Part shown: in pieces, positions 1 to 11,498 of the stretch
Numbering within the stretch: position 1 is the stretch's first letter
How the letters are laid out: the number at the start of each line of letters is the position of its first letter
Origin: an uncultured Acidobacteriota bacterium
GTDB taxonomy: Bacteria; Acidobacteriota; UBA6911
DNA: 64,000 nt
Direction of reading: 5' to 3'
Assembly (NCBI GenBank): GCA_963843575.1
Contig: CAWJKZ010000014.1
Span: 128,001 to 192,000, forward strand
Made by a program: the position numbers and the translations under genes
Notes under the pieces: generated by a model
Told to the model about the DNA's origin: nothing
Seen by the model: only the letters and a program-made list of their open reading frames with translations
Databases searched by the model: none

Positions 1-375
1 CCGGGGGAAATCGTCGACGGCAACGACGTGCTGGCCGTTTACGATGCGACGCGGCGCGCCGTGGAACGCGCCCGCGCCGGGTACGGACCGACACTCCTGG
101 AGTGCAAGACCTTCCGCATGACCGGGCACTCCGCGCACGACGATGCGGGATACGTACCGAAGGTGAAGTTCGAAGAATGGGAGAAGCGGGATCCAATCTA
201 CCGGTACCAGGAAACCCTCGTCGACGGGGAAATCATGACCCTGGACGAAATCGGTGAGATGCACCGCGCCGTGGTTGAAGAGGTCGATCGCGCCGTCGAC
301 TGGGCTTCGGCCGACCCCTATCCCGAACCGGAGGACTGTCTCACCGGCGTGTATCATGAACAGCGGGCCGGCTGA
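1..375 (+). CDS. 2-oxoacid dehydrogenase E1 alpha subunit, C-terminal part (runs off the 5' window edge)
   Basis: Frame reads VDGNDVLAVY...GPTLLECKTFRMTGHSAHDD...DPI, typical of the TPP-dependent E1 alpha C-terminus; followed by E1 beta. Confidence 0.9.
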   Translation, partial: PGEIVDGNDVLAVYDATRRAVERARAGYGPTLLECKTFRMTGHSAHDDAGYVPKVKFEEWEKRDPIYRYQETLVDGEIMTLDEIGEMHRAVVEEVDRAVDWASADPYPEPEDCLTGVYHEQRAG

Positions 376-426
376 GATTTCGCTGCCCGGCTGCCATCCG
401 GACCAGAAAAGCAGAGGGAACTTGCG

Positions 427-1402
427 TTGAGCCAGACGACATACCTGGAGGCCATCCGGCAGGGAATCTGGGAAGAAATGGAACGCGACGAGCGCGTTTT
501 CCTCCTCGGCGAGGACGTCGGAACCTACGGGGGGGCGTTCAAGGTGACCCAGGGGATGCTGGAGCGCTTCGGCCCGGACCGCGTCCTCGACACACCGATC
601 TGCGAGTCCGCCATCGTCGGCGCGGCGATCGGGGCGTCCTACATGGGGATGCGACCGGTCGCGGAGATGCAGTTCATCGACTTCATCTCCTGCGCCTTCG
701 ACCAGATCACGAACTTTGCCGCCAAGTCGCGTTACCGCTGGGGCGCCGGCGTGCCGATCGTCATCCGCGGACCTTCCGGCGGCGGCGTGCACGGCGGCCC
801 CTTCCACTCGCAGAACCCGGAGATGTACTACGTGCACACGCCCGGCCTGAAGGTCGTGGCGCCGTCGACCGCCTACGATGCCAAGGGGCTGATCAAGTCG
901 GCGATCCGAGACGACGACCCGGTGATCTTCCTCGAACACAAGTTCCTGTATCGCCGAATCAAGGAAGAACTTCCCTCGGCCGAGTTCACGGTGCCGATCG
1001 GGCAAGGCGGCCGTGCGCCGCAAGGGGAAGGACCTCACGGTCCTGACCTACGGGGCCATGGTGTACGTGGCGCTGGAGGCCGCGGCCGAACTCGCGCGCG
1101 AGGGCATCGAACTCGAGGTCATCGATCTGCGCAGCCTGCTGCCGCTCGACAAGGAGACGATCCTCGATTCGGTCAAGCGCAACAGCAAGGTCTTCATCCT
1201 GCACGAAGACACCCGGACCGGCGGCATCGCCGGCGAGATCACGTCCATCATCTGCGAAGAAGTGTTCGAGTACCTGGATGCCCCCGTCCTGAGGGTCACC
1301 GCTCCGGATACTCCGGTGCCTTACAGTCCGCCTCTGGAGGAGTTCTTTCTTCCAAAGGTTTCCGATGTGTTGAACACGGCTCGAAGGCTCGCCGCGTACT
1401 GA
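427..1402 (+). CDS. 2-oxoacid dehydrogenase E1 beta subunit (frameshift near 1005-1012)
   Basis: ORF 427 has LGEDVG..GGAF, DTPICE, EMQFIDF and GGPFHSQ. The C-terminal domain (EVIDLRSLLPLD, LDAPVLRV) continues in ORF 1013-1402. GGGVHGGPFHSQ resembles the branched-chain type, but substrate is uncertain. Confidence 0.9.
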
Positions 1403-1447
1403 AAGGCGGGCATTCCGGCCACAGCCAGCGAGGAGATCCACGAACTC

Positions 1448-2990
1448 ATGCCGACCAATGTGATCATGCCCCAGATGGGGGAGTCCATATTCGAAGGCAC
1501 CATTACGAAATGGTTGAAGAAGGTGGGTGACAGGGTAGCCCGCGACGAGCCGCTCTTCGAGATCTCCACGGACAAGGTGGACTCGGAAATTCCTTCGCCT
1601 GCAGCCGGCGTCCTGAGCGAGATCCTGGTCCAGGAAGGCAAGACCGTTCAGATCAACACCGTCGTCGCGGTCATCGACGGCGAGCGGGCCGAGACAATTC
1701 CGGCGGCCCCGCCGGCAGCCGGAGCCGCCGAGCCGGCCATCCCCGCCGAGCCCGCTGTACCCGAGCCGGCGCCTCCCCCGCCCGAGCCGGCGCCTCCCCC
1801 GCCCGCGCCGGAGACGGCGGAGCCCGCGGCGGCCATCCCCGTCGACCAGCGCACCGTCGAAACCAAACCGCTTCTCGAAGCAGGAGCAGCAGGCCACCGT
1901 CGCGCAGGAAGGCCCTCGGAGGCGGGAGGAGCCGCCTGTGCGGGTGGAGGCTGCACCGCCGGCAGCCGAGCGTGCTGCTGCCCCGGCGGCTCCGGGGCTC
2001 GAGCCCCACGACGTCCGCACTTCGCCCTTGGTGCGGCGGCTGGCCCGTGAGCACGGCGTGGATCTCACTCAGGTGCGTGGCACGGGGGCCGAAGGGCGCA
2101 TCACTCGGCAGGACATGGAGGACTACATCCGGCACAGGGAGGGACCGGCCCCGACGGCCGCACCCGCCGTGGAAATTCCGGGCCGCCCGGCCGCGGAGGG
2201 ATTGCGCCCCGTTCCTCCGCCTCGCCCCGCGCCTCCGGCCCCCGCCGCCCCACCCCCGGCGCCCGCCCCGACCGGCGCGGAAATGCCGCGTTTCCTGGGG
2301 GACGCCGAGACGGTGCCGATGACAGCGATGCGCAAAGCCATCGCAGAGCACATGGTGTTCAGCAAGCGCACCTCGGCCCATGTCAACACGATTTTCGAAG
2401 TGGATATGACCCCCGTGGTGGGCCTGAGGGAAATGCACAAGGTTGAGTTCGAAAAGCGGGAAGGGGTGAAGCTGACATACACCCCGTTTTTCGTGAAAGC
2501 GCTGGTCGACACGGTCCGTGAGTTCCCGGTGGTGAACTCGTCCGTGTCGGGCGACAACGTCGTATTCAAGAAGCCGGTGAATGTCGGAATCGCCGTTGCG
2601 CTCGACACCGGGCTCATTGTCCCGGTGGTGCGGGACGCGCACCTGAAATCGTTCACCGGGCTCGCGCTGGCCATCCACGATGTGGCGGAGAAGGCACGCA
2701 GCAAGCGGCTGCGGCCCGACGACGTGCAGAACGGGACGATCACGATCACAAACCCCGGGATCTACGGGTCCCTGTTCGGCACGCCCGTGATCAATCAGCC
2801 GCAGGTCGCCATTCTCGGAGTCGGCGGGATCGAGAAGCGGCCCGTCGTGATCAACGACGCCATCGCGATACGGTCGATGGTCTACCTGTCGCTTTCGTTC
2901 GACCACCGGGTCATCGACGGCGCCGTCGCCGATCAGTTCATGTCCCGCCTGAAGCAGCGCATGGAGACCTGGAGCAGCTGGGTCGACTAG
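1448..2990 (+). CDS. dihydrolipoamide acyltransferase E2 (frameshift near 1860-1940)
   Basis: Lipoyl domain [13 protein letters not shown], Pro/Ala linker, E3-binding [15 protein letters not shown], and catalytic FDHRVIDGA in ORF 1938-2990. Confidence 0.92.
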
Positions 2991-3010
2991 TCCTCTCGAA
3001 ATCGCTGAGA

Positions 3011-3044
3011 CCCGGGAGGCGAGTCCAGCAGCTCGCCTCCCGGG
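3011..3044. terminator. GC-rich hairpin between convergent genes
   Basis: Perfect 13-bp stem CCCGGGAGGCGAG / CTCGCCTCCCGGG with an 8-nt loop; no U-tract. Confidence 0.5.
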
Positions 3045-3107
3045 CGAGCAGCACCCGGTACTCGCCGGCACCGAAGGATCGGGAAACACCGGCGCCCGGT
3101 TGCACGA

Positions 3108-5121
3108 TCAGGCGTCGATAGCGTCTGCCAGGATTTCAGCCACATCCCGGACCTGCACCGATTCCTCGGCGTCTTTGGCCTTGACGCCGTCGGTCATCAT
3201 CGTCATGCAAAACGGGCACGCCGTGGCGATCGTTCGAGGGGCCAGCCGCGAGCGCTTCCTCCGTGCGCTCGACGTTGACGCGCTTCCCGACGGTCTCTTC
3301 CATGAACATCCTGGCGCCGCCGGCGCCGCAGCAGAAACCGCGGTCGCGCGAGCGAGGCATCTCGACGAGGTCCGCACCGGTGGTCAGCGAGCAGCGCGCG
3401 GGCGCGTCGTAGATGCCGTTGTAGCGGCCGATGTAGCAGGAATCGTGGAAGGTCGCCTTTTCCCGGGCCTCCTTGTTCGATCTTCAGCTTTCCCGAACGC
3501 ACCAGTTCGCTCGAGCAGGACGGTAGTGGTGCACGACCTCGTAGTTGCCGCCGAACTGGGGATATTCGTTCTTGAGAGTGTTGTAGCAGTGCGGGCAGGC
3601 GGTGACGATTTTCGCCACCTTGTATCGGTTCAGGGTCTCGACGTTCTCCGCGATGAGCATCTGGGCCAGGTACTCGTTTCCCGCGCGCCGGGCCGGGTCG
3701 CCGTTGCACTTCTCCTCTGTGCCGAGGATCGCGAAGCTTACGCCGGCGGCGTTGAGCAGCTTCACCATGGCGCGGCGAGACCTTCTCGTAGCGCTTGTCG
3801 TAGGAACCTGCGCAGCCGACCCAGATACAAAATGTCTACCTTGCCGTCCGACCTCGGCCATGGTCTTGACGTCCAGTCCCTTGGCCCAGTCTGCGCGGGA
3901 TTCGTGGCTGAATGCCCAGGGGGTGAAGTTTGTTTCGAGGTTTTTGAAGGTGTTGGTCAGTTCCGGGGGGAAGCGGGATTCGTTCAGAACCAGGAAGCGG
4001 CGCATGTCCATGATCGCGGGGACATGTTCGATCATGACCGGGCATTCCTGCATGCAGGCCCGGCAGGTCGTGCAGGCCCAGAGTTCCTGCTTCGGTGACG
4101 AAGTTGTCGAGCAGCCGGTGCTCGGCGCGTCTCCTTTTGCTGTTCCTGCGGACCCGGCCAGCACGATCGGGCGCGACTTCGGCCGTCCGCTGGCGGATGT
4201 TCATGATGATCTTGCGCGGGCTGAGCAGCCTTGCCGGTGTTGTTCGCCGGGCATGCGGCCGTACACCGGCCGCAGTCCGTGCAGGTGAATCCGTCCAGAA
4301 GCTGCTTCCAGGTGAGGTCCGTCACGTCGTCTGCGCCGAACTTCACGGCGTTTTCATCCTCGAGGTTGAGTTTCGAGAGCCGCGCCCCGCGGCTGCAGGG
4401 ACGCGAAGTAGACGTTGGGAAGCGAGGTGAGTACGTGCAGGTGCTTCGAGTAGCGGGAGGTAGTTCAGAAAGCCGAGCACCACCAGTATGTGGACCCACC
4501 AGAAGATCTCGAACCAGACACCGACGTTTCCGGTGCCCGACGAACAGTCCGGCCAGCGGCACGACGAGACGAAGCGGACGTGCTGCACTTCGCCGTCGAG
4601 CAGCATGCGGGTGGCGTTGGCGCCAAACATCGATACAATGACCGTCAGGATCAGGGAGAGGATCAGGGTGGCGTCGCAGCCGCACGTGCCCCGTGATCTC
4701 CGGGTCCGAAGTATCTGCGCGGGCGGAACGACGTACCAGCGGACACAGGGCGACGACGCAGGACAGGACGACCAGGATCCCGATCGTCTCCTGCAGGAGC
4801 GGCGAGGGGCGGAAAGACGGTCCGAGCGCCGCCAGCGTGAAACCGGGAACGAGACCCTCGACGATCGCCTCCAGGACGGCGCTCAGAAGGATGACGAAGC
4901 CCCAGAAAATGAAAAAATGCATCAGCGCCGGCAAGCGGCTCGCGCAGGAGTTTGGACTGGCCGAAGGCGACCACCAGCACGTTCTTCAGTCCGTCGGCCG
5001 ACCTGGTCAGAGCGGTTGTCCCGTTTCCCGATGGACAGGGACTTGACAGCCGTATGGAGCTGAAGACAAAAAAGCCGAGAGCCGCGAGGAGCACGGCTCC
5101 GAATAGAGCGGCACGAATCAT
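3108..5121 (-). CDS. FadF/HdrD-like membrane Fe-S oxidoreductase with CCG domains (multiple frameshifts)
   Basis: Fragments give TM helices ([14 protein letters not shown]), [43 protein letters not shown] and TACPFC across several frames. Confidence 0.85.
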
Positions 5122-5184
5122 AGAATCAGCCTCTGATCGGATTGAGGGTTGATGCGAGCTGCGGCTGTTGTACAGCAGCTGCGT

Positions 5185-6224
5185 TCAGTCGCAGACGGTC
5201 AGGACCACCTTCCCGAAGTGCTGCCGGGTTTCCAGCAGGGTCTGGGCCTGCGCCGCTTCGCGCAGGGGAGTACGCTCGATACGACAGGCCGGAGGTGCCC
5301 CTCGGTCGACCAGGGCGAGCACTTTCAGCAACTCGTGTTTGGATCCCATGTACGACCCCAGGATCGAGATCTGCTTGGCGAAAAGGTGCCGGAGATCGAT
5401 GCGCGCCGTCGTGGCCGGTGGTTGCGCCGCAGGTGACCAGGCGTCCATGCGGCGCAAGGCTGCTGACGCTGTCGTCCCAGGTCGCGCTCGCCGACGTGCT
5501 CGAACACAATGTCGACCCCGCGGCGCTGCGTGATCCTTTTCACCTCGTCGCGGATCTTCTGCCGCGAATGGTCGATCACGAAGTCCGCCCCTAGGGAGAG
5601 CGCCTTCTCGAGTTTCGCTTCCGATCCTGCAGTCGCGATCACGCGGGCGTGGAAGTACTTCGCGATCTGAATCGCCGCGCTGCCGACGCCGCTCCCTGCT
5701 CCCAGGATCAGGACATCGTCGCCCGGCCCTGATCCGGCACCGCGTCACCAGCATGTGCCAGGCGGTCGTGAACACCAGCGGGATGGCCGCGGCCTCGTGA
5801 AAATCCAGCCCCTCGGGAAACGGCAGTGCATTCACGTCCGGGCACCTTGACCAGTTCGGCATAACCCCCGTCGGAGAGGTAGCCGAGCACGGAGTAGCGC
5901 GGGCAGGAGTTGTCGTCGCCCTTCGTAGCAGGCCGCGCAATGCATGCAGCTGATCCCGGGATTGACCAGGGTCCGGTCGCCCGGTTTGACGGCGGTCACC
6001 CCGGGCCCCACGCTTTCTACGATGCCGGCGACATCGCTGCCGGAAATGTGCGGCAGCGGGAACTTCACGATGGGCAGCCCGCGGCGTTCCCAGATGTCGA
6101 GGAAGTTGAGCGCGCACGCCTTCACCCTGACGACGATCTCCCCTGGGCCGGGAGCGGGGTCGGGCGCGTCTTCGAAGCGAAGCTGATCTGTCCCGCCATG
6201 CTGGTGAAATCGGATCGCTTTCAT
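5185..6224 (-). CDS. zinc-binding (MDR family) dehydrogenase / quinone oxidoreductase-like (frameshifted)
   Basis: MKAIRFHQHGG..., PHISGSD, structural Zn cluster CMHCAAC...C, AAAIPLVFTTAWHML, C-terminal HFGKVVL; split over several ORFs. Confidence 0.85.
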
Positions 6225-6511
6225 AGTACACTATAATACAAGAGAGTCTCGGGTTTCAGCCACGATCTTGGCTGGTCCTAATGCGAAAAGCCTCGGGTCG
6301 GGACCCGCGCGTCCGGCGGGCCGGAAGCACGCGCAACCCTTGACCGGGCGCTCGATCGTAGGTATTCTGTTTCTTGCACTTACGCCCAAAAGCCGCCCGA
6401 ACCTGCCTTCTAGAATTGCTTTGCAAAAAAGCCGTTTGATAGGTAAGGTAGCACGGATTCAGAGCTTTGCGGCTTCCGGCCAGGCCGGTTTCGGTCAAGG
6501 AGAGTGTGCCT

Positions 6512-6964
6512 ATGGAGTCGAACTTTGCGAGCGTCCTGCTCTTCATGCTGGTTGCCCTCGCGTTTGTCGTCATCGGCCTCCTGCTTTCCAAGCTGATCCG
6601 GCCCAAGGGGACGCCCTCGCCGGACAAGCTCAGCACGTACGAGTGCGGCGAGACCCCCGTCGGGATAGCGTGGATCCAGTTCAATATACGGTTCTACGTC
6701 TTCGCCCTGATTTTCATCATTTTCGACGTGGAAATCATGTTCCTGCTGCCCTGGGCCGTCGTGTTCAAGACGCTGGGCATGTTCGCGTTCGTCGAGGGGC
6801 TGATTTTCATCGGGATCCTCGTCGTGGGGCTCGCGTACGTGTGGCGCAAGGGCGACCTGGAGTGGGTCAGGCCGGAGGATCTGCAGGAGATGACCGTCTC
6901 CACCCCTGCGGAGCCGAAGAGCGAGAAGGACCTGGAGGAAGTATATGGGAGTGCTGGACGGTAA
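6512..6964 (+). CDS. nuoA: NADH-quinone oxidoreductase subunit A
   Basis: [33 protein letters not shown]; RBS AAGGAG upstream of ATG 6512. Confidence 0.95.
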   Translation: MESNFASVLLFMLVALAFVVIGLLLSKLIRPKGTPSPDKLSTYECGETPVGIAWIQFNIRFYVFALIFIIFDVEIMFLLPWAVVFKTLGMFAFVEGLIFIGILVVGLAYVWRKGDLEWVRPEDLQEMTVSTPAEPKSEKDLEEVYGSAGR

Positions 6965-7448
6965 GTTCGAGGAGAACGTGTTCATCACGTCCCTCGACTG
7001 GATATTGAACTGGGCGAGGTCCTCGTCGCCGTGGCCGATGTCTTTCGGTCTGGCCTGTTGCGCTATCGAGATGATGGCGACCGGAGCCTCGCGCTACGAC
7101 CTGGCCCGCTTCGGCGCCGAGGTGTTCCGGGGAAGCCCACGCCAGGCGGACATCATGATCGTTGCCGGCACCGTCACGTTGAAGATGGCGACTCGCATCA
7201 AGCGGCTGTACGAGCAGATGCCCGAACCGAAGTACGTGATCTCCATGGGGAGCTGCTCCAACAATGGCGGGCCTTACTGGCAGCACGGATACCATGTCCT
7301 CAAGGGCGTCGACGAGATTGTACCGGTGGACGTCTTCGTGCCGGGCTGCCCGCCCCGGCCCGAGTCTCTGCTGGAAGGCTTGATGCTGCTGCAGAAGAAG
7401 ATCCGCCGGGAGACGATCGCCAAGAAACGGGAGGGTGTCAAGCCATGA
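6945..7448 (+). CDS. nuoB: NADH-quinone oxidoreductase subunit B
   Basis: [30 protein letters not shown]. Confidence 0.97.
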   Translation: MGVLDGKFEENVFITSLDWILNWARSSSPWPMSFGLACCAIEMMATGASRYDLARFGAEVFRGSPRQADIMIVAGTVTLKMATRIKRLYEQMPEPKYVISMGSCSNNGGPYWQHGYHVLKGVDEIVPVDVFVPGCPPRPESLLEGLMLLQKKIRRETIAKKREGVKP

Positions 7449-7914
7449 ACCCGGCGGAGATCTCCACCCTGTTGAAGGAAACCTTCGGCGAGAAGATCCT
7501 CGACTCGAAGGCCGGATGGCGCAAACCCCTGGAGCGCCATCGCTCCCGGAGGCCATCGTCGAAGTCAGCCGTTTCGTCCGGGACGACGAGCGGTTGAAGA
7601 TGAACCACCTTGAACTGCTGGGCGGTGTCGACTACAAGGACCGCATCGAAGTGGTCTACGTCGTGACTTCCCTCGAACTCGGACACCGCTACACGCTGAA
7701 GTGCCGCCTGCCGCGGGAAAACCCCTCCTTGCCGACGGTGGAGTCGGTGTGGGCGGTTGCCAACTGGCACGAACGCGAGACGTACGACATGTTCGGCGTC
7801 GTGTTCGCGGGGCACAGTGACCACCGCCGCATCCTGCTCCCCGACGACTGGGAGGGGTATCCGCTGCGGAAAGACTACAAGGCCCCCAAGACCTACCGCG
7901 ACATGCCGGTGTAG
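7445..7914 (+). CDS. nuoC: NADH-quinone oxidoreductase subunit C (frameshift near 7510-7545)
   Basis: Starts MNPAEIS; continues in another frame with [13 protein letters not shown]...GH...RRILLP...GYPLRKDY. Confidence 0.92.
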
Positions 7915-7936
7915 CACGGCGGATCTGGAGTGGAAA

Positions 7937-9058
7937 ATGCAAGTTGAGTACAGCGGCGAAACGATGACCCTCAACATGGGCCCGCAGCACCCGTCCACCC
8001 ATGGGGTCCTGCGGCTGGAACTTAAGACCGACGGCGAGGTGGTCGCGGAAGCGGTGCCGCACATCGGCTACCTGCACCGCTGCTTCGAGAAGCACGCCGA
8101 GAACGTCGAATATCCCGGGGTGATCCCCTTCACGGACCGCCTCGATTACATCGCCGCGATGAACATGGAGCTCGGCTACGTCCTGACGGTCGAGAAGCTC
8201 ATGGGTATCCAGGTGAACAACCGGGTGCGCTGCCTGCGCATCATCATGGCGGAGCTGAACCGGATCGCCAGCCACCTGCTGGCCGCGGGGACGTACGGCA
8301 ACGACATGGGCTCGTTCACGCCCTTCCTGCACTGCTTCCGCGACCGCGAGACGATCCTGGACATCTTCGAGGAGACCTGCGGGGCGCGGCTGCTGTACAA
8401 CTACAACTGGATCGGCGGCCTGATGTACGACGTCAAGCCCGGCTTCGAAACGAAGGTCATGGACTTCGTCGACTATTTCGAGCCGCAGGTCGACAGCCTC
8501 AACCGGCTCCTGTCCTACAACCACATCTTCGTCAAGCGCACGGCCTCCGTGGGGATCCTTCCCGCCGAGAGGGCGATCAGTTACGGCGTCACTGGCCCGA
8601 ACCTGCGTGGCAGCGGCGTCAAGTACGACGTGCGGAGGAACGAGCCGTACCTGGGATACGACGAGATCGACTTCGACATTCCTGTCGGCCGCGGCGAGTT
8701 CGGCCCCGTGGGATCGTGTTTCGACCGCTACATCGTGCGGATCCTCGAGGTAAAGGAATGCTGCAAGATCATCCGGCAGGCGGTCAGGATGCTCACCCCG
8801 GGAGACGTGCACGAGGCCATCCCGAAGCGCATAAAGCCTCCGGCCGGCGAAGTCTACATGCGCACCGAGTGCCCCCGCGGCGAACTGGGTTACTACATCG
8901 TCAGCGACGGAGGGCTCAAGCCGTACCGTGTCAAGGTGAAGTCCCCGTGCTTCACCGTTATGAGCGCCTTCAAGGAGATGAGCCGCGGCGCCATGATCTC
9001 CGACATCGTCGCCCTGGTCGGCAGCGTCGACATCGTCCTGGGTGAGATTGACCGTTAG
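7937..9058 (+). CDS. nuoD: NADH-quinone oxidoreductase subunit D
   Basis: NMGPQHPSTHGVLRL, GYLHR, DRLDY, C-terminal DIVLGEIDR; no NiFe-binding CxxC pairs. Confidence 0.96.
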   Translation: MQVEYSGETMTLNMGPQHPSTHGVLRLELKTDGEVVAEAVPHIGYLHRCFEKHAENVEYPGVIPFTDRLDYIAAMNMELGYVLTVEKLMGIQVNNRVRCLRIIMAELNRIASHLLAAGTYGNDMGSFTPFLHCFRDRETILDIFEETCGARLLYNYNWIGGLMYDVKPGFETKVMDFVDYFEPQVDSLNRLLSYNHIFVKRTASVGILPAERAISYGVTGPNLRGSGVKYDVRRNEPYLGYDEIDFDIPVGRGEFGPVGSCFDRYIVRILEVKECCKIIRQAVRMLTPGDVHEAIPKRIKPPAGEVYMRTECPRGELGYYIVSDGGLKPYRVKVKSPCFTVMSAFKEMSRGAMISDIVALVGSVDIVLGEIDR

Positions 9059-9074
9059 CAGAGGACCGATCCCG

Positions 9075-10130
9075 ATGGAATCCATCAATCAGCTGCTGCA
9101 ACTCCTACCGAACTACGGCGCCGTCCCGCGGGTGCTGCAGACGTTTATCGTACAGCTCGTCAGCGCCGTCCTGGTCCTGGCGCTGGTCGCGATCCTCGTC
9201 ATGTTCCTCGTCTGGCTCGAGCGGAAGGTGTCGGCGCACATGCAGGACCGGCTCGGCCCCATGTATGTGGGAGGGTGGCATGGGTGGGCACAGTCGCTGG
9301 CGGACGGCCTCAAACTGCTGTTCAAGGAAGACATCATCCCCGCCGCCGCCGACCCGGTCCTTTTCCGGATAGCGCCCGCGCTGGTGTTCACGGCTTCCTT
9401 CTCGTCCCTGGTCGTCATCCCGTTCGGGGCGGCCTCGATCGTCGAGGACCTGAACATCGGGATACTCTACGTGGTCGCGGTGACGAGCCTCTCGGTGGTC
9501 GGGATCATCATGGCGGGGTGGGCGTCCAACAACAAGTACGCGCTCTACGGCGGGATGCGCGGCGCCGCCCAGATCGTCAGTTACGAGATCCCAGCCGCAC
9601 TGGCCATCATGGCGGTTGTCATACCCGTGGGCAGCCTCTCGATGCAGGATATCGTGCGGGCGCAGGCGGGTGGGATACACCACTGGTTCCTGTTCCGCAA
9701 CCCGTTCACCTTCGTGGCCTTCTTCGTCTACTTCATCTGCTCGCTCGCCGAAGTGAACCGGACGCCGTTTGACATCCCCGAGGCGGAGTCGGAGTTGGTT
9801 GCGGGCTATCACACCGAGTACTCCGGCATGCGCTTCGCGTTCTTCTTCCTCGCCGAGTACGCCAACATGTTCGTCGTGGCGGGCATCGCGACGACCCTCT
9901 TCCTCGGCGGCTGGAGTCAGGTCCTGCCGGCGGCCTGGGTGCCGCGGCAGCTCATCCCCGGCCCGGTGCTGTTCACTCTCAAGGCGATGGCGTTGATTTT
10001 TGTGCAGATGTGGCTGAGATGGTCGCTCCCGCGGCTGCGGGTCGACCAGCTCATGTATATGTGCTGGAAGGTGATGATCCCGCTCGGTTTCATTCTGGTC
10101 CTCGGGGTGGGATTGATCGCGGTTTGGTGA
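9075..10130 (+). CDS. nuoH: NADH-quinone oxidoreductase subunit H
   Basis: ERKVSAHMQDRLGP, ADGLKLLFKE, NRTPFDIPEAESELVAGYHTEYSG, PRLRVDQLM. Confidence 0.97.
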   Translation: MESINQLLQLLPNYGAVPRVLQTFIVQLVSAVLVLALVAILVMFLVWLERKVSAHMQDRLGPMYVGGWHGWAQSLADGLKLLFKEDIIPAAADPVLFRIAPALVFTASFSSLVVIPFGAASIVEDLNIGILYVVAVTSLSVVGIIMAGWASNNKYALYGGMRGAAQIVSYEIPAALAIMAVVIPVGSLSMQDIVRAQAGGIHHWFLFRNPFTFVAFFVYFICSLAEVNRTPFDIPEAESELVAGYHTEYSGMRFAFFFLAEYANMFVVAGIATTLFLGGWSQVLPAAWVPRQLIPGPVLFTLKAMALIFVQMWLRWSLPRLRVDQLMYMCWKVMIPLGFILVLGVGLIAVW

Positions 10131-10191
10131 AGGGCCGGGCGCGGCGCGACCGTCGGGGTCGCAACGCCACGGCGCATTTGCAGGGAAGATC

Positions 10192-10674
10192 ATGGCTGAA
10201 TATTTCAGAGACGTCTGGTTGGGGCTCGCGACCGCTTTCCGGTCCATGGCGGTGACGTGGAAGCACCTTTTCACAAAGTCGGTGACGCTGCAGTACCCGA
10301 CGGTCAAGTGGAACCTTCCCGAGCGGGCCCGGGCGCGGCTGTTCAACAAAATCGAGGACTGCATCGGCTGCGGGCAGTGCGCACGTGTCTGCCCGACCGA
10401 CTGCATCGACATCCAGACGGAGAAGCGCGGGAAGGACGAACCGGGGATTTTCGCCTCGGACGGCACCGCCATCAAGTTGCGGACGTATGTGTTCGACATC
10501 GACATGACGCTCTGCTGTTACTGCGCGCTGTGCACCTTTCCGTGCCCCACGCACTGCCTGGTGATGACGCGGGAGTACGAGTACTCCGTCTACGACAAAA
10601 AGGACCACGTGTATCACTTCGCCGTCGACCGGCCGCTGTACACAACCTCCAAGGAACACGCCTCCAAAGCGTGA
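10192..10674 (+). CDS. nuoI: NADH-quinone oxidoreductase subunit I (2x[4Fe-4S])
   Basis: VTLQYP, CIGCGQCARVCP, CCYCALCTFPCP. Confidence 0.95.
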   Translation: MAEYFRDVWLGLATAFRSMAVTWKHLFTKSVTLQYPTVKWNLPERARARLFNKIEDCIGCGQCARVCPTDCIDIQTEKRGKDEPGIFASDGTAIKLRTYVFDIDMTLCCYCALCTFPCPTHCLVMTREYEYSVYDKKDHVYHFAVDRPLYTTSKEHASKA

Positions 10675-10676
10675 CG

Positions 10677-11193
10677 ATGCACCTTATGGACACATCGCTC
10701 GTAAGCCAGATCGTGTTTTATGCCTTTGCCACGATCACGGTCGCCTCGGCGGCTGTGGTGGTTTTCTCGCGCAACCTGATCTACTCCGCCTTTGGCCTGC
10801 TGTTTACCTTCTTCGGTGTGGCCGTTCTGTACGTATATCTCGGAGCGGATTTCCTGGCCGCGGCCCAGATGGTCATCTACGTGGGCGGCATCCTCGTGCT
10901 GCTGCTGTTCGGGGTGATGCTCACCCACAAGCTGTACAGCCTCGACCTGAAATCCGACACCTTTCAGTTCGTTCCCGGCACTCCTGCTCGCCCTCGCGGT
11001 GTTCACGACGCTGATGGGCGTCATGTGGCGCACGACGTGGGCCGGCCACGGCGAACGAGTGCCCAATCCCACGACCGCGCACATCGGCGAGTTGTTCATG
11101 AAGGAATACATACTGCCCTTTGAGGTTGCGTCGGTCTTTCTGCTGGTCGCGCTGATCGGCGCCGCCATGATCGTCAGGAGGAGACAGGGATGA
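10677..11193 (+). CDS. nuoJ: NADH-quinone oxidoreductase subunit J (frameshift near 10980)
   Basis: NLIYSAFGL, ADFLAAAQMVIYVGGI; C-terminal YILPFEVASVFLLVALIGA in ORF 10999-11193. Confidence 0.92.
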
Positions 11194-11495
11194 TCGGACT
11201 CGGCAATTATCTTTTCATCAGCGCGGCCCTCTTCTCTCTGGGCCTCATGTGCGTGCTCACCCGCAAGAACGCCGTCCACGTGCTGATGGGGGTTGAGCTG
11301 ATCCTGAACTCGGCCAACATAAACCTGGTCGCGTTCTCGAAATTCTCGTCGGGGAACCTCGACGGGCAGGTGTTCGCGATCTTCGTGATCGTGGTCGCCG
11401 CGGCCGAGGCCGCCGTCGGGCTCGCCATCGTGCTGGCGATGTACCGGCTGGTGCGAACCGTCAACCTCGACCGCGCGGATACGCTCAAGGGGTAA
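11190..11495 (+). CDS. nuoK: NADH-quinone oxidoreductase subunit K
   Basis: RKNAV..LMGVELILNS, GQVFAIFVIVVAAAEAAVGLAI. Confidence 0.96.
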   Translation: MIGLGNYLFISAALFSLGLMCVLTRKNAVHVLMGVELILNSANINLVAFSKFSSGNLDGQVFAIFVIVVAAAEAAVGLAIVLAMYRLVRTVNLDRADTLKG

Positions 11496-11498
11496 TCC

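Noticed and set aside
1760-1806. 21-bp tandem repeat CCCGAGCCGGCGCCTCCCCCG
   Set aside because: Encodes PEPAPPP in the ordinary flexible E2 linker.
7937-9058. Group 4 [NiFe]-hydrogenase interpretation of the reduced nuo cluster
   Set aside because: The large subunit lacks the N- and C-terminal CxxC Ni ligands and has the NuoD quinone-site motifs.
427-11193. Many split genes (E1 beta, E2, FadF-like, dehydrogenase, nuoC, nuoJ; also at ~26115, ~46400, ~57400, ~63500) as pseudogenes or programmed frameshifts
   Set aside because: Single-base indels are scattered through conserved housekeeping genes with otherwise intact motifs and no common slippery site. Sequencing or assembly error is the simplest explanation; read polishing would confirm.
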